A stretch of DNA of 20,000 nucleotides from an uncultured virus (IMG/VR IMGVR_UViG_3300042542_004481) (lineage: Duplodnaviria > Heunggongvirae > Uroviricota > Caudoviricetes). This document shows, in pieces, positions 16,301 through 20,000 of the stretch. The stretch lies in the IMG/VR virus record IMGVR_UViG_3300042542_004481, positions 57,223 to 77,222 of that record; one strand, given 5' to 3'. Position numbers and translations under genes: made by a program. The number at the start of each line of letters is the position of its first letter. Positions within the stretch are counted from its first letter, which is position 1. The notes under the pieces were generated by a model, which was not told the DNA's origin, made no database searches, and saw only the letters and a list, made by a program, of their open reading frames with translations.

Positions 16301-16656
16301 CATGGTACACCTGTAGATCTTGAAGGCATGTTTGCTGTAGGAAACGGTATGCCTGATCCAGAAGAAGTATTATCCCAGTAAGCATCTCTTTTTCTACGAA
16401 GAGCATCTTTATAGAAATCTTCTTTTGTTTCAAAAATAGGCATAGGTATTTCCTTCACCATAGTGCTCCCTGGAAACATGTAATTCTGTCCAGGATACAT
16501 AACCGTCGGAGGACCCTGGTTATTAGGTATAGCCATTATAGGATAAGGCACTCCCTGCATTGTAATGTAAGGACTAGGTATAATGTTGAAATCATTAAAC
16601 CTATCTGGCGAGTTAGGTAGATACCCGGTATTTGTTATGGCTCCTTTTTTCTTCAT
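10342..16656 (-). CDS. Mosaic 2104-aa putative virion cargo polyprotein with HExxH metallopeptidase, NlpC/P60-like domain and repeated xxGG motifs
   Basis: Uninterrupted ORF whose start overlaps the upstream stop (ATGA). It contains HENTH (14245-14259) with PTEIHAR, FCNAY...AQPGDII...GHSMIYAG, a Pro-rich linker, and about 20 [YFMK]xxGG motifs. Confidence 0.88.
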   Translation of the reverse strand: MKKKGAITNTGYLPNSPDRFNDFNIIPSPYITMQGVPYPIMAIPNNQGPPTVMYPGQNYMFPGSTMVKEIPMPIFETKEDFYKDALRRKRDAYWDNTSSGSGIPFPTANMPSRSTGVPWPTVKSEYTGIAMQVGGPRPTIVYDRNDPRLKAYTDSLSTYNNAQLYNIAIQNLVNQNLANRATRTHDRYYLTGWGSNYGFSSEDEAKRAYHQFKGQQNRLQSQYGLVYNNAVSHTVPFRSTGTLYFHHPPTYDQRRGFTNVFGVWPQTAIFPRPQPVIYQAPPVPAKPASKPKSSKPVPAKPKPAPTSTPVSTPAPVPAPVPAPVPVPVPVPVPAPKVPAPVPVAKPATYQPPQYQVMQAGKPLFNPDGSPVMQSGRAPLPAHLQAPNTTPEQRAAWWTSHGYNSTGTGVYNAPPIKKGGWINQYQKGGVTINSEEEYQKSLLMKNKTKERIDAERAWVAKKVAAANQAKTQQPFFTSFPKSSGTPLPQSSPAYTYNWSPADIQSKPGSVATPQVVMTSASMPQYDYIREGKVIKAKAEAKEKKDAADLQVQKNLYGNTLGTLRYYANKTEEWAEGEEGSKYYYKDPDTGQMRSFSEVGAYEQVGIPLQSAAYGSFPLFEAAAPVVSLMGKGVSKAIAPIMKSAYVTNLKQSLPIVAKETNYAALRFLNPKLYKQQVDALNRGNTWSKNWIQDAATIEKINNDLLAGDIGIEAADRLYRWEHAQSKFYPLRNQYADMLIGRPHIFTDPKDLGGSGVIGGVYYPPSFTAYDDALSAIFPKRSGQSWVNRTLSPEELESVAVHENTHAWTDANDYLPQLHQDVYRSMIRNPIYARPKTDFAEYMVDPTEIHARVMQLRHAEGIRPKDLIDDTAAEMYMGLASEGYYRNIFGGKQFGQMWDNPTQKVTGLYFSEPVESQYPLSALFMGSYAKGGSTNPDTAKRILQSGYSYGRRLSTAQRRYFAAIAGTDEYGNDPKEQMEDETEVMMEYKKGGLKRGRDSKRTSKNIKSSINEILYKRNEDLFGPKGKKYFKPYQDGGQPAAPMTYDEYADAYFQKLAELEAEKARVAQVRSNIIPTAQKIDAAANPQKFLVGAPATGNFCNAYTNQCYNIAGATTVAPIGNIPAGSRMPMIPGNLAQQAVLSQEGIVPIPLSEAQPGDIIKKEYYSPGLPWQGNYNPKGNPYWSPGHSMIYAGTDAQGNPMVYNSPGGRNVFESRTFKPSEWKENTRGTFTGSPMGTSRMQAYKYVGNTPTLESEAQQNRQQMLAATPYIAPKPAYLSSPVTGVITPNYQQMYDQRKEQFDQERKAIENKKYLSKRKKKADLEALDQQEKDTLAMYIQPTSPVVQNNNDMSTPQKKQGGIAFPQQPTEERFFERGYVPNSPVGFYAMGGPTDMIAFPQQPPANMFFSGYPFQPQYMGGGSTYTHYNMGGIYQNGGSPQNLSTVYSDYKTVYQGMSPQDIQEELSNVNAQIAAPNVYPQEGLDIKRQVLMDILYAPKKNMGGKVLPGGAHENVPCMECGGSYDVGGSIFGYGYRPATEFGGNVGLEQAQNEMVETYKKGGKKAKAALMKYMRSMRKQDGGEAPQNVGQSGYLMDNQTTFNNYLKDNMLTAVDEKVADEMFQDGGSFGFNPYNSMQQRADMNRYNSGEQARAQARANMRAMNQQFIPQAYNSIFAQAGAAMPDTYTDDQGNEVPMTPEKWAQIQAGTPGSNTNYDPSMICTSQGCFPQRTGQTSSNYLTKEDAQKMLDDYLKQYYPQGNYPVYNPYGYNPYGYNPEYRTGYGMFPYNPTGPYYKTKFKGWSNMPTTYNWQQGTGYVANNPTAGMTPEQIEKYWGDKGFKANVEVDKKSGLLHTIAPTRFAPRRVKTNVSLERMPGQSGSSSASGSSSTTGSSSTTGSNYTDPNANPAGDMPRDAQGNIIMANPYAQRFEQVVTPEQEQQMDALLYRRKMGGAYAYGGYYQDGGEETAHEGIGNSMGYSTDERRRFGIFTNPSTPPWMIAGLDLGARIGEMDEQQAMLDRIRSRQGADANYYAQGMKKGDYTFDIYAGQSFRPDQMGAKVQPGSMGNIGAMNIGNPYQSKLGGENDYVYMDDNEIAEFMAKGGTIEYLD
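10978..11037 (-). repeat. Degenerate 18-bp tandem repeat encoding a Gly/Ser/Thr linker (GSSSASGSSSTTGSSSTTGS)
   Basis: Plus strand reads tgatcctgttgtcgaaga / tgatccagttgtagaact / tgatccactcgctgaaga / tgatcc. Confidence 0.8.
12930..13450 (-). other. NlpC/P60-like (papain-fold) Cys-His hydrolase domain
   Basis: Candidate catalytic Cys in GNFCNAYTNQCYNIAG (codon 13363-13365, aa 1098). The typical 'IPLSEAQPGDII' segment follows, then His in GHSMIYAG (13102-13104, aa 1185) and a polar residue in VYNS. Boundaries are approximate. Confidence 0.75.
13885..14650 (-). other. HExxH zincin-like metallopeptidase domain within the 2104-aa protein
   Basis: GGVYYP...SWVNR strands, then AVHENTHAW (aa 800-804), then YMVDPTEIHARVMQLR (Glu aa 846, candidate third ligand). 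Confidence 0.75.
15659..15718 (-). repeat. 12-bp tandem repeat (5 units) encoding a Pro-Ala/Pro-Val linker
   Basis: Plus strand has ggtaccggtaca x2 followed by ggtactggtgct x3, inside the Pro-rich tract at about 15600-15830. Confidence 0.9.
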
Positions 16657-19600
16657 CGCTGAGATAGAAGATTTTTGTTGTTTGTAATGAGTACCAGGAT
16701 CTTACGATTGCCAGACACCTTTCTACGTAAAAATACAAAATTTGCGTAGTGTCTAAACTTTTTTCTTTGCAGAGGATCTTTACTATAATTTAAGTTATTT
16801 GGATTAAGAATCCTAACATAACCATTAGGTTCTGTGTTCCAAATCATCCTCTCAGCATACGAACCTACGTTAGGTGTAGGAGGAGGATAAGCCGATCCAA
16901 TCGGAAACTCTCCTCTGCTATCTGTAATATCCCAAAACTGATTGAAGCGATACTTCTGTTCTTCTTTAGAATAAAGGATCTCAATATTAGTCGGGTTAAC
17001 CTGTGGATAGCTCAAGATCAAAGGAGCATTGTTCTTAGGTGTAAGATTAAGCTTGAGAAGACCTGAACACTGTTCTGTGTTATAAACAACAGCTTCATCA
17101 AAGTTAAAATCTAGCACATGGAATCGATCGTAGCAGTTATCAGCATATTTGTATACTTCCATCTGATACTGAATCGACCGCAATGTGTTTACGTTCTGCA
17201 CAGTGTTGACCATATATTCTATCTCGAAAGGATAGTCTATACCGTAATAGTTACAGTAGCTGTCACAGCGGTAATTATGTATCCATATACCATTCTCCTG
17301 ATTCTGATTAGGATTATCATTAAGAACGCTCAGGAAAGTATTTTTACCTGGGATCAAAAGATTAGGATGCCAATCGTGCCAGCTAATCCAAGCTCCTCGC
17401 TTAGGATCAAAACTTACGGTCCAGGATGCATCTTCAAAATAATCAGGATCGCCTAGCTTTATCGGAAGCATATTGTTTACAAGGAAGTTATCCCTGTTTA
17501 CATATGTAATAGTAGTCCCAGCCGGAAGACTTCTTTTTACAACAAAATCTCGCTTAGTAAAATACGCTAACTGGTTTTCGTTGTCGTAGATAGATTGACA
17601 TCCTATACCGATTACTGGGTTTTCTACTAACTCAAAATTAGGGAAGGCCTCGAGAAGCTTGTATGGTAAATAGTTAAGGAACCACCATCTCAAATCTTCG
17701 CCGGATATTTCTGTTATACCACCTTTGATAGTGAAGATTTTACCTTGGTCTTGGTTAATCCAATAGATACCTAGAGGAGTATTGATTACACTAAGTCTGT
17801 CTTGACAAGATCCATACTGATATGGTTTGTCAGCATTAAGAAGACTCTGCATAGGTTGACTAAACAATCCTCCATCACCAATCGTAAGCTTAGTACCAGC
17901 ATCTGTTTGAAGCTGGTCTACTCCTAAGAATTGTACAGGGCTTTCGGCATAGAAAAAGATTACCGCACCGTTTTTATTAATCGGTTTGATACAACTTACT
18001 TTATTGTTAAAATCAAAGTAGTTGTTGGCAAGAAACAAGTACCAGTTATCTCTTGTGCCTTCACGTTGTGCAGGTAGAGAGTAGATTACTCTTGTAGGAT
18101 AATACTGATAACAAGTTTCAGCTAGGTTTGGATCATATATTCTAGGTTGTGTTTCTCCCCAGGAAACATAGTTGAGATACGTTTTACCAATGCCCAGACT
18201 TATATCGTATTTGTAATAGTTACCGGCTTTTATAATCGAAGTATCAAAAAGAGCTTTGACATCGAGGATAGGGTAATGTTTCTGAGAATCCATATCGCCC
18301 CAATCACGTAAGCCTACGTTAATCTCTGTCTCAACAAAGAAATCTTTTACTCCAGAGTTGAAAAGATAAAAGTACGCAAACTTTACAGCAAAGCCTTTTC
18401 CTTGAAGAGTAAGGATACCATGACAAGAATATCCATCTAAAGAAAATTGTCTACTAGGTGGAATCTGTTCCCAAATTGGATCGCTAGGTGTAAACAACGA
18501 CGTCACTGAATCAGTAAGCGCCGATATAGAATCCTGTACTTCAAACTTTTGACTATTGAGCCAAAAGCGAGGATAAGGAAGCATCCGCTTTTCTAGATAG
18601 TTAAACTCATAACCATCCGGCTGATCATACAACCAATCGTAGAAATAGAAGAAAGTATTCTTTTCTGTATATCTAGCTAAGTAAATATCACCATTAAAAA
18701 GTGTTACTGTTTCAGCAGTAGATTTAGTACTCTTATCTGTCCAACAAGTTGATACCGGAACCTGAATTATACCTTCTATTTGACCATATTGATTACGAAG
18801 TCTTTGCTTATAGCCTACGTAATAGCAAACCGAATTTGTAGTGAAAGCTTTTGCTGTTGGATTGATAAGTCTCATTTGATTATTAAACAATCCATATGGT
18901 TCCATAAGATTGGCTACAGGAGATGTAGCAAGCTGACGAGTATTATCACCTACAGGAAAAGGTAATGGAGAATTTACTTGTAAAGCTACAGTAGTAGATC
19001 TAAACAGATTGTTGATTCGATAGTTGCTACCAAAATCTAAAATGTTCGGCCCAAGATAACTTTGCTCGATAATACTTCTACGACGATCACCAGATACTGG
19101 AGGAATAGCAAAAGAATCATACAAACAATGAGAATTATACTTAAGAGCAAAATCTCTATATTTAATAATAGATCTTATAAGATCTAGTGTTGAATCAACC
19201 CCCTGCGACCAAAACGATATAAAAGTAGGGATACCTTGAACAATAAGTAACGGAACAGGAATATCTTCAGTTGCTCCTCCTTTTTGATCAATTTGATAAC
19301 TATATCCAGCTAATCCAGGAATAATTCCTGCAGTAGCTCCAATAGTCGCAAGAGTTGCATAATAAGTTCCTGGACCAAATCCTAAAGCATTCAAACCTAA
19401 AATTCCTCCAGCATCCCAAGCAGCAGCGTTAGCGGTAGCAAGGGCTGTTGCCATAACACCATAACCAGCGTTTGCTGCAGCAACTCCTGGAGCATTTGTA
19501 ATAAGATCCGTAGGAGTCATGATTTGATACGGCATGTTTCTACGAATGGTTCTTTCCCCATTCATAGCCACAGATGCTATACCTATACCTACAATAACTG

Positions 19601-20000
19601 ATGTATAAAAAGCTGTATTAGAAATAAGCTTAGTCTTAGGATGTCTTTCAGAAAACTCAAACTTCCCTGTAACAGTGCCTCTTAGTTCTTCATAAATCTT
19701 AAACTCTTTTCCTGATAAAAAAGGTTTACTAAAGTTTGTATCAGGGGAATGGAAACTATAAATAGTATTAGAAAAACTTCCTACTGGCGTATAGCCATCT
19801 CCTGCAGCCGTAGGAGAACCATCTATTTTGCAAACAGGCGCATTAGTTTCTGTAGCAGATAAGAAAGGATCTATATTAAGATCGTTGTAAGGATAGTTAG
19901 GATATAAACCGGTGCGAGGTGTAATGTTGCCTTCAATAGTGTAGACACCCATATTGGATACTACACCTTTAGCAAGAACTGTACGATTCCCTTGACGGGT
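16653..20000 (-). CDS. Putative tail stabilisation/nozzle ('muzzle')-like structural protein; 5'-truncated (at least 1115 aa)
   Basis: The frame stays open upstream of the track's ATG at 19952 to the window edge (TRQGNRTVLAKGVVSNMGVY), so the true start is probably outside the window. The C-terminal two-thirds is aromatic- and beta-rich, with propeller-like segments (RVIYSLP, GDGGLFSQ, YGSCQDRLSVINTPLGIYWINQDQGKIF, WTVSFDPKRGAWISWHDWHP) that resemble podovirus nozzle/stabilisation proteins. Confidence 0.72.
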   Translation of the reverse strand, partial: TRQGNRTVLAKGVVSNMGVYTIEGNITPRTGLYPNYPYNDLNIDPFLSATETNAPVCKIDGSPTAAGDGYTPVGSFSNTIYSFHSPDTNFSKPFLSGKEFKIYEELRGTVTGKFEFSERHPKTKLISNTAFYTSVIVGIGIASVAMNGERTIRRNMPYQIMTPTDLITNAPGVAAANAGYGVMATALATANAAAWDAGGILGLNALGFGPGTYYATLATIGATAGIIPGLAGYSYQIDQKGGATEDIPVPLLIVQGIPTFISFWSQGVDSTLDLIRSIIKYRDFALKYNSHCLYDSFAIPPVSGDRRRSIIEQSYLGPNILDFGSNYRINNLFRSTTVALQVNSPLPFPVGDNTRQLATSPVANLMEPYGLFNNQMRLINPTAKAFTTNSVCYYVGYKQRLRNQYGQIEGIIQVPVSTCWTDKSTKSTAETVTLFNGDIYLARYTEKNTFFYFYDWLYDQPDGYEFNYLEKRMLPYPRFWLNSQKFEVQDSISALTDSVTSLFTPSDPIWEQIPPSRQFSLDGYSCHGILTLQGKGFAVKFAYFYLFNSGVKDFFVETEINVGLRDWGDMDSQKHYPILDVKALFDTSIIKAGNYYKYDISLGIGKTYLNYVSWGETQPRIYDPNLAETCYQYYPTRVIYSLPAQREGTRDNWYLFLANNYFDFNNKVSCIKPINKNGAVIFFYAESPVQFLGVDQLQTDAGTKLTIGDGGLFSQPMQSLLNADKPYQYGSCQDRLSVINTPLGIYWINQDQGKIFTIKGGITEISGEDLRWWFLNYLPYKLLEAFPNFELVENPVIGIGCQSIYDNENQLAYFTKRDFVVKRSLPAGTTITYVNRDNFLVNNMLPIKLGDPDYFEDASWTVSFDPKRGAWISWHDWHPNLLIPGKNTFLSVLNDNPNQNQENGIWIHNYRCDSYCNYYGIDYPFEIEYMVNTVQNVNTLRSIQYQMEVYKYADNCYDRFHVLDFNFDEAVVYNTEQCSGLLKLNLTPKNNAPLILSYPQVNPTNIEILYSKEEQKYRFNQFWDITDSRGEFPIGSAYPPPTPNVGSYAERMIWNTEPNGYVRILNPNNLNYSKDPLQRKKFRHYANFVFLRRKVSGNRKILVLITNNKNLLSQR

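Larger units (their letters stand above)
1..20000 (-). mobile_element. Phage genome segment: virion tail/cargo (ejection protein) module of a probable crAss-like Bacteroidota podovirus
   Basis: Five co-oriented giant ORFs are separated by gaps of -4, 1, 53 and 5 nt, with no recognisable cellular genes. The order (nozzle-like gene, cargo-like genes, giant zincin-containing gene) resembles the late structural block of crAss-like phages. Starts lack Shine-Dalgarno sequences and three of four have A at -3, as in Bacteroidota. Confidence 0.8.

Noticed and set aside
10342..16656. GG motifs as C-termini of ubiquitin-like domains (poly-Ubl)
   Set aside because: Spacing ranges from about 6 to 500 aa and the intervening segments are unrelated to each other, which is inconsistent with repeated beta-grasp domains.
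107..18965. Short plus-strand ORFs in the track (107-352, 455-691, 2027-2419, 2561-2827, 3081-3323, 4347-4541, 7303-7629, 8022-8255, 10065-10253, 10438-10662, 11185-11418, 12349-12642, 13501-13806, 15004-15201, 15538-15726, 17118-17456, 18780-18965)
   Set aside because: All are antisense shadows of long minus-strand genes, with atypical Phe/Ile/Ser/Cys-rich composition and no recognisable motifs.
19950..19952. ATG at 19952 as the true start of the nozzle-like gene
   Set aside because: The reading frame continues without a stop to position 20000 and the upstream sequence looks coding, so the gene is probably truncated by the window.
1..20000. Stop-codon reassignment (TAG or TGA), known in some crAss-like phages
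   Set aside because: All five genes are fully open under the standard bacterial code, with no in-frame TAG or TGA seen. There is no evidence of recoding here.

Overview
This window is a gene-dense, AT-rich segment of a tailed-phage genome, most likely a crAss-like (Crassvirales-related) podovirus of a Bacteroidota host. Five very large, tightly packed genes all lie on the minus strand. In transcription order they are: a 5'-truncated tail stabilisation/nozzle ('muzzle')-like protein (16653..>20000), a 2104-aa mosaic protein (10342..16656), an 843-aa putative cargo protein (7809..10340), a 1082-aa putative ejection protein (4507..7755), and a giant ORF of at least 1500 aa (<1..4501). The ORF track missed this last gene because it runs off the window edge; it carries an HExxH zincin domain. 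The most striking pattern is in the 2104-aa protein. About 20 copies of a short [Y/F/M/K]-x-x-G-G motif divide it into modules, including a second HExxH metallopeptidase, an NlpC/P60-like Cys/His hydrolase and several small basic peptides. This suggests a virion-packaged, possibly proteolytically processed polyprotein of interchangeable payloads. All family assignments come from motif recognition and gene context only; no database search was run.
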